Shown here one piece after another: positions 18,150 through 26,758 of a DNA stretch of 64,000 nucleotides (within the stretch, counting starts at the first letter, position 1; each line of letters starts with the position of its first letter). This DNA is from Candidatus Levyibacteriota bacterium (lineage in GTDB: Bacteria > Patescibacteriota > Microgenomatia > Levybacterales > UBA12049). The stretch lies in the NCBI GenBank assembly GCA_029260965.1, contig JAJDCG010000002.1, positions 60,523 to 124,522 on the forward strand, in the 5' to 3' direction. Below the pieces are notes generated by a model. The model worked only from the letters and a program-made list of their open reading frames with translations. It was not told the origin of the DNA and made no database searches. The position numbers were made by a program, and so were the translations under genes.

Positions 18150-18863
18150 ATGGCAAAAAAGACAATCAAATCAACCACTTCTAAAAAACCTACCAAGAAA
18201 GCAGCAGTTAAAAAATCTGCATCTCCAAAAAAGACTGCACCTGTTACGGCAGCAGTAAGTGGCAATTCAGTAAAACAAATCAAGCTCAAGAAAGCATATG
18301 TAGTAGGAGCCTTAGTTTTGATCGTTTTAGCCACACTCCTCTGGGCGGGTAGGAGTTTGTTTGTAGCTGCTGTTGTGAATGGACAACCTGTTTCACGCCT
18401 GGCGGTAGTGCGGGATGCTGAAGAACAGTCAGGTAGGCAGGCTCTGGATAATCTCATCCGAAACACTTTGATAGAAGGGGAGGCAAGAGAAAAAAATGTA
18501 ACTGTGTCGCAAGAAGAGATTGATGAAGAAATTAAAAAAATTGAAGAAACGCTTTCAGAACAAGGACAGCAGCTTGATGAAGTTCTATCAGTCCAGGGGA
18601 TGAAGAGGGAGGATTTGGGTAATCTTGTCAGGCTTGATAAGCTAGTTGGGAAATTGGTGGGAGAAGATATAAAAATAACAGATAAGGAAATAGATGAGTA
18701 CATCGAGGCGAATCGTGAAATATTGCCTGAGGATCAGACAGAAGAGGAGTTAAAAAAGATTGTAAATGAGCGATTGAGACAGCAAAAGCTAAATGAAGCA
18801 GTTCAGAAGTGGTTGGGAGATCTTCAGCAAAACGCAAAAATTGATTACTGGGTAAGCTATTAA
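18150..18863 (+). CDS. Membrane-anchored SurA_N-like chaperone / PPIase-like protein
   Basis: Lys-rich N-terminus, a single TM, then a coiled helical domain resembling SurA N-terminal/PpiD-like chaperone domains. Weak call. Confidence 0.45.
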   Translation: MAKKTIKSTTSKKPTKKAAVKKSASPKKTAPVTAAVSGNSVKQIKLKKAYVVGALVLIVLATLLWAGRSLFVAAVVNGQPVSRLAVVRDAEEQSGRQALDNLIRNTLIEGEAREKNVTVSQEEIDEEIKKIEETLSEQGQQLDEVLSVQGMKREDLGNLVRLDKLVGKLVGEDIKITDKEIDEYIEANREILPEDQTEEELKKIVNERLRQQKLNEAVQKWLGDLQQNAKIDYWVSY

Positions 18864-18881
18864 GATTCTCCCTTGACATCT

Positions 18882-18910
18882 CCTCTTCAAATTAGTGTAA
18901 TATAAATGTT
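18882..18910 (+). promoter_or_regulatory. Near-consensus sigma70-like promoter (TTGACA-N17-TGTAATAT) directly upstream of a small ORF
   Basis: 'cccTTGACAtctcctcttcaaattagTGTAATATAaATG'. The -10 element ends ~5 nt before the ATG, implying a leaderless mRNA. Confidence 0.45.
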
Positions 18911-18911
18911 G

Positions 18912-19064
18912 TATGGCAAAAGCACGAAAAACTACTAAAAAGACAAATAAGGCTTCAAAAAGAAAGATCGTCTCAAAAAAAACAACGTGGATTGATCATG
19001 AGTTTTTACTCATAGCAGGTGGTGGATTTTTAATAGTAATTCTAATATTAGTATTATTGGGATA
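18912..19064 (+). CDS. Small Lys-rich single-TM protein (50 aa; below the ORF-track cutoff)
   Basis: 'MAKARKTTKKTNKASKRKIVSKKTTWIDHEFLLIAGGGFLIVILILVLLG'. Preceded by a near-consensus promoter. No SD, so likely leaderless. Confidence 0.35.
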
Positions 19065-19127
19065 ATTCTTTTTCATACTGAGGTTTTAATATTTCTTCCC
19101 AATACGACCTTGTTACATTTCTGAATC

Positions 19128-20515
19128 TTAAACCTTCTGGTATGTGTTCTTCAGAAAGATTAAACCTAGCAAGAAGTTGTAATCCTCCGCGTGTAATTTT
19201 TCCCAATTCATTGATATACCCCAGCCCATTTTCAACAAGTTCTTGTCTATTATCCATCCGCGCATGTATCCGAGATCTTTTGCCATAGCATAAGCTTCTG
19301 GATTTGATGTGTCTGTATGGCCTCTCATAACTCGGTATGTAATTGTCCATGCATCCTTCATTGCGTTTTCCAGAATATCTTCATCGAGTGCTTTTATGAA
19401 AGCGTGATCAAATTCACGCAAGGTTCTTTTTTCTACGCTTATTCTTTTCATAACTTGATCAGAAAATATTTCATAAAAAGAGTGACCTCTTTCAGCCATC
19501 TTTACTGCAAAAGGATAATAAACTCGTGGTATAAAATTATCATTTCCAAATAGTTCCCTTTTTATATTTTTTTCTAACCTTAGTCCATATCCTTCATATA
19601 ACTGTTCATCATCAAGTGCAAGCATATCCCCTCCAAGTCCGAATAGCACCTTCCCAATCATGGACTGCCTGGCATGTCCTTCAATTTCGTGCGCAAGAAG
19701 TGGCAGAAATCTATCACCTGTTAAGGGTCTTGATCTTTCAGCAGGGACAAAGAGGGTAGGGCCTCGGTATGATTTATCGCGCACATCAAGAGCTGTGGTA
19801 TTTTCATCAATCACAACTTCGTATCCATCCCCACGACCACCTTTTCGTAAAATACTATACTTCCTTAGTACATATTCGAAAGCTTCTTTTTGGTCTTCTG
19901 CGGTAAATACTTTATCTTTTAGCCAATTATATTCTTCCTGTCCCAGAAGCGCTTTATCTGGGTCAAATGCATTAGGTTCTGCCTCTGTTATTTGTTTTAA
20001 AAAGAATTCTTGTGCAGCACTCATCAGTTTTTCATCAGTACCGGGGTATTTTTTTTCAGAGCAGATGCAGTTAGTCGATCGTTTCCGGTTTTTATTCCTT
20101 CGCTTAGATCGCATGTGGCCAGATCATCTCGAATTTTGGCCATAATTGCAACTCTTGCCACTCGATCTAGATCAGACTCTGCAGCAGAGGAGAGAGTTTT
20201 TTCAAAGAGATCTGATAATTTTTTTCTTTCTGATGAGAGGTCTAGTGTTTCTGCGTATGTGTAGGAGAAGTGGGGATTGTAAGGAGTATCATTCCTAAAA
20301 GCCCTAAACAGCGTTTCCCTTTCCCTTTTTATGCTCTCTGGAGAAGGTGTATATATCTCAATCGGATTCCAAGAACTTGATATTTCTACAAGTCTCGTAA
20401 TTATGGATAGATGTTCTTCAGAATAGTTGCCTAACTCTATTAACGGTTGATCATCTTTTCGGGATTTTTTCTTCAGCAAATATTCTCTTAAATTAGTTGG
20501 TAGTTGTTCGCGCAT
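19128..20515 (-). pseudogene. HExxH metallopeptidase-like gene (possibly DUF1704-like) split into two ORFs by a frameshift at an A8 homopolymer
   Basis: ORF 20024..20515 and ORF 19128..20114 are in different frames and overlap. Adding one A to the A8 run (T8 at plus-strand 20049-20056) fuses them into ~465 aa: '...ALKKKYPGTDEKLMSAAQEFF...HEIEGHARQ...'. It may be a sequencing error, a pseudogene or a slippage site. Confidence 0.55.
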
Positions 20516-20525
20516 ATTTATAGAA

Positions 20526-21416
20526 TTATCTTATTGAATTTAATTCAACTTCAGAACTTGGTATATCTCCTGCGAGAATTGTAGGCAGATTTTTCCATGA
20601 TTTATTTATCCTATGATCAGTTAGTCTGTCCTGGGGGAAGTTGTAGGTTTTGATTTTCTCTGATCTATCTCCTCGTCCTACCTGAGTAGACCTGAGGGAT
20701 GATATCTGTTCAGTTCTTTTTGCTATTTCACGCTCCCAAAGCTGGGATCTGAGAAGGCTCATTGCAAATTCTCTATTTTGGTTTTGTGATCGTTCAACTG
20801 ATGCTGTAACGACGATTCCAGTCGGTTTGTGTTTAATGCGTACGGCAGTTGATACTTTGTTGACGTTTTGCCCTCCATGACCACCAGAGCGAAAAGCCTC
20901 AAATTCTATATCGTCAGGTGCTATATGAATGTCAATGTCATCAAGTTCAGGTAGGATTGATATTGTTGCAGTTGATGTATGTATGCGACCCTTTTTTTCG
21001 GTTGCAGGTATTCTCTGTACACGATGAACACCTGCTTCGTACTTAAATATACCAAATGCTCCAACACCATTTACTTTTCCAGAAATTTTGATAACGTATT
21101 CGTCTATTTGTTCTAAGTGAAACCCTTTCTTTTGAGCAAATCTAGTATACATTCTTATTAATTCTTCAGCCCAAAGTTTGGCTTCATCTCCCCCTGCAGC
21201 ACCCTTGACCTCGAGAATAATATTTTTGTCATCGAAATTATCTTCATTTTTGGCATCAGTTTTGCTGATACTATCTTCAATGGCCTTTTTTTGTGTTTCT
21301 AGTGAATTTATCTCCTCTTGTGCCAAGCTTGCCAGAGTAGGATCAGAGAGGAGAGTGCGCGACTCTTCAATTTTTTGTTCTAGTTCTTTAATTTGCTTAT
21401 ATCTATAGTCGTTCAT
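20526..21416 (-). CDS. prfA: Peptide chain release factor 1 (short form)
   Basis: GGQ motif 'SGGHGGQNVNK' and a PAT tripeptide 'RIPATEKKGRIHTS' typical of RF1. 296 aa is shorter than typical RF1. Confidence 0.8.
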   Translation of the reverse strand: MNDYRYKQIKELEQKIEESRTLLSDPTLASLAQEEINSLETQKKAIEDSISKTDAKNEDNFDDKNIILEVKGAAGGDEAKLWAEELIRMYTRFAQKKGFHLEQIDEYVIKISGKVNGVGAFGIFKYEAGVHRVQRIPATEKKGRIHTSTATISILPELDDIDIHIAPDDIEFEAFRSGGHGGQNVNKVSTAVRIKHKPTGIVVTASVERSQNQNREFAMSLLRSQLWEREIAKRTEQISSLRSTQVGRGDRSEKIKTYNFPQDRLTDHRINKSWKNLPTILAGDIPSSEVELNSIR

Positions 21417-21530
21417 AATTAAATTTTATTTCAAACTTCCAACAAATAGATTATACAAGTTAATTTAGTTCATTGGAAATTGAAGATTTGAAATTTCGGC
21501 GGCATTTGGAAATTACAGCCTAAAGAAGGG

Positions 21531-21830
21531 CTACTTGAGTCCCATGAGCATTTCTCGGAGTGTTTTTGGAGACTCATCTTTTTTGCTTTTTTCATCAATT
21601 TTTTGTTTTTTAGTTACTTTGTATTTAGTCGCAATTTGTTGTTTTGCCTCAAATTTTTGAATACGGGATGCACTGTCAACAAACCTTTGCTCACCAGTAT
21701 AGAATGGGTGACATTTGTGACAAAGCTCCACATGAAGAGTTTCAGATGTTGAACTAACAGTAAATTTGTTACCACACACACATACTGTCTGTGCATTCTC
21801 AAAAAAATGTGGGTGAACCTGTGCTTTCAT
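21531..21830 (-). CDS. rpmE: 50S ribosomal protein L31
   Basis: 'MKAQVHPHFFENAQTVCVCGNKF...CHKCHPFYTGEQR' is L31 with a Cys4 zinc ribbon. The true start is the internal Met at 21830. The ORF-track extension was discarded. Confidence 0.85.
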   Translation of the reverse strand: MKAQVHPHFFENAQTVCVCGNKFTVSSTSETLHVELCHKCHPFYTGEQRFVDSASRIQKFEAKQQIATKYKVTKKQKIDEKSKKDESPKTLREMLMGLK

Positions 21831-21909
21831 GATATATATTATAACCGAATTTGTTAGAATTGACAAGGAGCGCACAAAAGGCTAAAATAGTAGCTTATAG
21901 TTCTATAAT

Positions 21910-22503
21910 ATGGGAAATGTAGAAGCACAACCAGCACGGCCATATGGGAAAACAGAGAGACCTGTTTTGACTCTTAATCAGTTTCGGTCTGGAGATCCTG
22001 GTGCTATTAAGGCATCAACAGACTACTTAGCAAGACTTGCAAGAAGAATGGGAGCAAATGGATCAGAAAAGGATGTGGTGCAGGAGGCTTTTCTGAGATC
22101 TATTAGCCCATTGAAGAACAAGAACGAAGGCGACTTTGGAATAAATGGAGATATCACGCCTTATCTTATAACAGCCGTGAGGGGGGTTATCGTTGACGGA
22201 TTCAGGCAGGCTGCAAAGAGTGTAAAAACTGCAGATGTGTCTATCGAGGAGGCATGGGGTGTTTCTGATCCGACAGTAAATGTTGAGGCGCAAGTCGTTC
22301 ATAAACTAGAAGCGCTGGAGACAATTTCCCATTTAAAGAGTGAGATAAGTAGTGAGTTTATGGATGTTTTGTGGCTCTTCTATTTTGAAGAATTGAGTTA
22401 TAAAGACATCTCAGTGAGGCTTAATATTCCGCCTGGGACTGTGATGAGTAGATTAAATAGGGCGCGCATGCATGCTAGAAAAGTTTTTGGAAATGTTGCG
22501 TAA
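21910..22503 (+). CDS. ECF-type RNA polymerase sigma factor (sigma-70 regions 2 and 4)
   Basis: Region 2 'DVVQEAFLR...' and region 4 HTH 'EELSYKDISVRLNIPPGTVMSRLNRAR'. No adjacent anti-sigma gene. Confidence 0.7.
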   Translation: MGNVEAQPARPYGKTERPVLTLNQFRSGDPGAIKASTDYLARLARRMGANGSEKDVVQEAFLRSISPLKNKNEGDFGINGDITPYLITAVRGVIVDGFRQAAKSVKTADVSIEEAWGVSDPTVNVEAQVVHKLEALETISHLKSEISSEFMDVLWLFYFEELSYKDISVRLNIPPGTVMSRLNRARMHARKVFGNVA

Positions 22504-22573
22504 AATATCATGACAAACTATAGAGATATGGACTCTATGAGTATAGGATGGAAAGAGGACTCAAGTTAAGCTA

Positions 22574-23770
22574 TTAATTTTTAATTTTAGTTATTATTTT
22601 TTCGAATGTTGATTCAATCTGCTCACCAGTTTTCATATTTTTTATTGTCAAACAGTTTTTTTCGATTTCTTTTGGCCCCAGCATTATGACATATGGTATG
22701 TTTTTTTTATCTGCGTATTTGAGCTGTTTTTCCATCTTGCTATCCGGATCGAGCCAGAGTTCTGTATTGATATTGTTCACGCGAAGTTTGGATGCGATTT
22801 CAGCTGATTTATCAGCCAGTTCCAAATTGAAAATTGTTACTAACACTTTGGTTTTATTTAGATCTTTAGGAAAAAGGTTCAGCTCTGTCATTGCCTCAAT
22901 GATCCGATCAAATCCAAAAGAAAAGCCCACTGCAGGATAGTTTTGATTGCTAAACATTCCGATCAAATTATCATATCGTCCTCCACCGCCAAGTGATCCA
23001 TATGGATAATCAGGTGATTCGACTTCAATTATTGTTCCCGTATAATAATCAAGACCGCGGGCTAGGGTGGGGGAGAATTCCAAATTTTGTTCTTTCGTAC
23101 CCAAGCGTGCAGCAACTTTCATTGTAAGGCTCAGAGATTCTGTAGTTTTTGACTTTTGTATTTGTTCAAGAATTGCGGGATCAAATCCGTTTTGCTTTAG
23201 CTCAAGTTTTACCCTCTCTGCACCTATTTTTTTGAGTTTGTCGATTATCATTATTGCTTTTGTGGGTGTTTTGCCAAAAACAGCTCGGTCATTAAGAAGT
23301 ATTTTAAAATTTTTAAAACCAAGCAATTCATAAGATTTGGCAGCAATTGCAATTATTTCTGCATCTGCTGAGTTCTTGTCTGATCCTACAGTGTCAATGT
23401 CGCATTGGAGAAATTCACGGTATCTGCCCTTTTGGGGTTTATCAGCTCTGAAAACAGGTTGGATCTGATAACGTTTAAAAGGCATTGATAAGTCATTTTG
23501 GTATTGAGCAACGACACGGGCGAGCGGAACAGTCTGATCATATCTGAGCGCGACTTGACGACCGCCATTGTCTTCAAATCGATACATCAGCTTATCGCCT
23601 TCATCGCCATACTTTCCAGTCAAAACATCTTCGTATTCAAGTGTTGGTGTTTCAAGTGGCTCAAAGCCATAGGATGTAAACACCTTTTTCAAGACATCGA
23701 GTATATATTCTCTTTTTTTGGCCTCCAGAGGAAGAAAATCCCGAAAACCTTTAAGCGTCTGTGTTTTCAT
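22574..23770 (-). CDS. hisS: Histidine--tRNA ligase
   Basis: 'MKTQTLKGFRDFLP...' is the class II aaRS motif 1. An HisRS-like anticodon-binding C-terminus follows. Confidence 0.9.
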   Translation of the reverse strand: MKTQTLKGFRDFLPLEAKKREYILDVLKKVFTSYGFEPLETPTLEYEDVLTGKYGDEGDKLMYRFEDNGGRQVALRYDQTVPLARVVAQYQNDLSMPFKRYQIQPVFRADKPQKGRYREFLQCDIDTVGSDKNSADAEIIAIAAKSYELLGFKNFKILLNDRAVFGKTPTKAIMIIDKLKKIGAERVKLELKQNGFDPAILEQIQKSKTTESLSLTMKVAARLGTKEQNLEFSPTLARGLDYYTGTIIEVESPDYPYGSLGGGGRYDNLIGMFSNQNYPAVGFSFGFDRIIEAMTELNLFPKDLNKTKVLVTIFNLELADKSAEIASKLRVNNINTELWLDPDSKMEKQLKYADKKNIPYVIMLGPKEIEKNCLTIKNMKTGEQIESTFEKIITKIKN

Positions 23771-23800
23771 GTTTTTATTTTAACACAAACAAAGGATGTT

Positions 23801-24883
23801 TTATATTTCAATCAATTCTTTAGGTGATAGGGTGAGGGGTATGAGTTTGTTATTCTCAATTGCGAAGATGTCTTCGATGCGGATGCCAAATTTTCCAGGT
23901 AGATAAACGCCTGGTTCAATAGAAAAAACCATGCCGTTTTCTAGCGGATCTTGAGATCTTGAAATATGCGGATCTTCGTGGACCTCTAGACCTATTCCGT
24001 GGCTAGAATGATTAAAAGGAGGATAGCCATTTTTTTCCATATAGTCTCTTGCTGTTGCGTCGACTTTTGTAGAGATAGGTTTCTTATTCTCGGTTAGGGA
24101 ATTTATAATATATTCTATAGCTTTTTTCTCTGCTGCAAAAACTGCTTGATAAGCTTTTTTTTGCTCATCCTGAGCTTTACCAAAAAAAATAGTTCTAGTC
24201 ATATCAGAGCAGTAATTATTTAGCTTGACTCCAAAATCCATAAGTATAAACATATTTTTTTTGAGTTTTTTGATACTGGGCAGATGGTGGGGTAGAGCTG
24301 CATTTTCACCGAATGCAACAACGGTCCGAAATGATGGCTCAGCGCCATGAGCCCTTATGAAATTATCTATTTGATGTGCAAGCTCCTTTTCAGTAATATT
24401 CATCCTAACATACTTGAGAATGTGAGCATATGTTTTGTCGCCGAGGAGACAGGCTTTTTTTATTAACTTTATTTCAGATGCTTCCTTTATTGACCGCAAC
24501 TCAGATAGATCAAAATGTGTTGTTTTTTTAACCAATTTTGAAATCGTTTCATACTCAAAAGCTTTTAGATCCATCAGATCAAGGCCAAGATTTTTAATAT
24601 TATCTTTTTCTATAAGTTCTTCAAAAACTTGAGGATATCTTTTTTTAGTTGTTACTTGGATAAGTTCAAAACTTTTTACATTTTTCTTTGCAGCTTCTAT
24701 GTATAGCGCGTTAGTAATAAAATAATTATTATTTTTAGTGACAATCACATATCCATCACGGTTTTCAGCATGGAATCCTGAAAAATTGGTAAGATAAATG
24801 ATGCTTGGTATTGATGAAACTAGAACCGCATCGAGTTTATTTTTAGCTATTAAATGACGTAAATTTTCTAGTCTTTTATCCAT
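23801..24883 (-). CDS. Xaa-Pro aminopeptidase / M24-family metallopeptidase
   Basis: M24 'pita-bread' signature 'HGIGLEVHEDPHI' with Asp/His/Glu ligands. N-terminal creatinase-like domain. Confidence 0.85.
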   Translation of the reverse strand: MDKRLENLRHLIAKNKLDAVLVSSIPSIIYLTNFSGFHAENRDGYVIVTKNNNYFITNALYIEAAKKNVKSFELIQVTTKKRYPQVFEELIEKDNIKNLGLDLMDLKAFEYETISKLVKKTTHFDLSELRSIKEASEIKLIKKACLLGDKTYAHILKYVRMNITEKELAHQIDNFIRAHGAEPSFRTVVAFGENAALPHHLPSIKKLKKNMFILMDFGVKLNNYCSDMTRTIFFGKAQDEQKKAYQAVFAAEKKAIEYIINSLTENKKPISTKVDATARDYMEKNGYPPFNHSSHGIGLEVHEDPHISRSQDPLENGMVFSIEPGVYLPGKFGIRIEDIFAIENNKLIPLTLSPKELIEI

Positions 24884-25668
24884 TATTCGTTATCTTTATC
24901 AGCAGGAGTGGCGCTGACGCCTGCTGTTGGGGTAGGGAGGCTTATGTCAATTTTGGGATTTTTTGGTACTCCTGTAAAGATTATTGCTCTATCTGCAATC
25001 ATAAGATTTTTATCTGTTTTGTCTGTAAATCCTGTGATAAACACTCTGTTTCCAATTTGGAAATCTGAAAATCCGCCTTCTTCAAGGTCAGATGCTCCCT
25101 TTTCAAAAATACTTGTGTCAGTTGATGTCTCTATGTCAATTTTCGTTTCTTTTTTATCGCTTGAAATTACTATTAGCTGAAATTCATCTTCATCGATTGA
25201 TTTTATTGTGCCAATTAACGGAGTAGGGTCGGAGCTGGTGTTTATAAATCTTGCAAGAATTCTTTCGGACTGTTTGTTATACAGACCCAAGACTCTTATT
25301 CTTGTTCCCTCTTTGAGATCTGAAAGTCCAAAACTTGATCCAGCAGAAGGAGATGCAAATTTGGTTATTTCATCTACGTCGACCAGTTTGGTTTTGTCGT
25401 TAATGTCCGTGAGGGTAATGCTGTTTGAAGAACTATCAGTAATTATGCCTATTATTCCTCTTTTTTCAACTAATTTTAGTTCCGAAACACGAGACGCAAT
25501 TTTTTCTTTAAGATCGCTTATTCGTTCATTGAGGCCTTCGTCGTTTGTTGAGTTGCTTTCAGGAGTGGGTGTTGTGTTTTCTTGTGCCAGGGCAACAGAC
25601 TGATTTAATGTAGCAACAAAAAAAACAAAAACTATTACTGAATATAATGTTTTTTTAAGTATTTTCAT
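24883..25668 (-). CDS. Hypothetical secreted Ser/Thr/Asp-rich protein
   Basis: Signal peptide 'MKILKKTLYSVIVFVFFVATLNQSVALA'. No known domain. Confidence 0.5.
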   Translation of the reverse strand: MKILKKTLYSVIVFVFFVATLNQSVALAQENTTPTPESNSTNDEGLNERISDLKEKIASRVSELKLVEKRGIIGIITDSSSNSITLTDINDKTKLVDVDEITKFASPSAGSSFGLSDLKEGTRIRVLGLYNKQSERILARFINTSSDPTPLIGTIKSIDEDEFQLIVISSDKKETKIDIETSTDTSIFEKGASDLEEGGFSDFQIGNRVFITGFTDKTDKNLMIADRAIIFTGVPKNPKIDISLPTPTAGVSATPADKDNE

Positions 25669-25672
25669 AAAA

Positions 25673-26146
25673 TTAGAAATCCTCTGTTGTGAACGTCACT
25701 GTCTTTTTAATTATTTTTTCGTTCCCATCAGGAAATATTGCTGCGAAGTTGAGAACACTTGTTCCCTCGGGTATACTCATAGTTAACGTAAAATTGCCGT
25801 TTTCTGCAGGTGTCACAATTTCGTCTATGTCATCTGATGATGCGATGATTGTTGTTCCTGGTAGTGTTTTTCCTTTGATGTTTATTGAGCGTTTATCAAA
25901 AACTTCTTCATCTTTTGGAGAGTCGATGATAAACAGATAATCATTGTTATTTTCTGCAGGAGAGGGGTTGATTGCTTCTAGTGGGTCATTGTTTTCACCT
26001 GACACAATTTTTGTTGCTTGATAGAGATAAAATGCTCCTCCTGCTGCTATAAGTCCGACCAATACGGCAACAAAGGATAAGACGATTTTTTCAGCCTTCA
26101 TAATAGAGATGAGCTTGATAATACGATAAATATGATCCCTTGTCAA
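25673..26146 (-). CDS. Hypothetical membrane-anchored protein
   Basis: N-terminal TM (IVLSFVAVLVGLIAAGGAFYLY), then a ~120-aa domain of unknown function. Confidence 0.45.
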   Translation of the reverse strand: MTRDHIYRIIKLISIMKAEKIVLSFVAVLVGLIAAGGAFYLYQATKIVSGENNDPLEAINPSPAENNNDYLFIIDSPKDEEVFDKRSINIKGKTLPGTTIIASSDDIDEIVTPAENGNFTLTMSIPEGTSVLNFAAIFPDGNEKIIKKTVTFTTEDF

Positions 26147-26175
26147 GAAAAATTGCTTATGGTAATATTTAGTTC

Positions 26176-26685
26176 ATGGAAATTGTCAAACTACCAAAAG
26201 GAGGGATAAACATCAAGGGAAAGAACGCACTCATTGCTGTTGATCCAAAAGGTAAAACCGATGCCAGCGCGGTGCTGCTCTTGAATGAAAAAATAAAGAA
26301 TATAGATACAGAATCTATGCCAATTATTATATCTGGACCAGGGGAGTACGAAATATCAGGGGTTATTATCACATGCAGGTCGGATGCTGAAAGCCTGATA
26401 TATAGCATGAGCGTTGATGGTGTTGATGTGCTTCTGGGAAATGTAGAGGCTGTGGAAACGGTTCATTCCAAACTAAAGGAACATAATTTGGTGGTTGTAA
26501 ATTGTGAAAAGATTGTTGATGCAACATCCATAACTCCTTTAGTTTCAAATGCGATTGTTTGTTTTGGAGAAAAAGCAGGAGAAATTGCTTCAGCATTTGG
26601 AAAAGAGGGAGTTCAGAAAACAACCAAATATCAGATAAAGGCAGAAAAGCTACCTGTTGACGTTGAGACAGTAATACTTGAATAA
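26176..26685 (+). CDS. Hypothetical protein
   Basis: 169 aa with no His-cluster or other diagnostic motif. Superficial similarity to small metal-dependent-hydrolase-like proteins could not be supported. Confidence 0.4.
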   Translation: MEIVKLPKGGINIKGKNALIAVDPKGKTDASAVLLLNEKIKNIDTESMPIIISGPGEYEISGVIITCRSDAESLIYSMSVDGVDVLLGNVEAVETVHSKLKEHNLVVVNCEKIVDATSITPLVSNAIVCFGEKAGEIASAFGKEGVQKTTKYQIKAEKLPVDVETVILE

Positions 26686-26758
26686 TTTCAAATTTCAAAT
26701 TTCAAATAAATGACTAGAAATTGGACATTTGGAATTGCTATTTATTTGAAATTTATTT

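Noticed and set aside
20526-21416. Possible prfB-style programmed +1 frameshift
   Set aside because: The protein has the RF1 PAT motif, not the RF2 SPF motif. No internal in-frame stop or CUU-UGA-C slippery site was seen.
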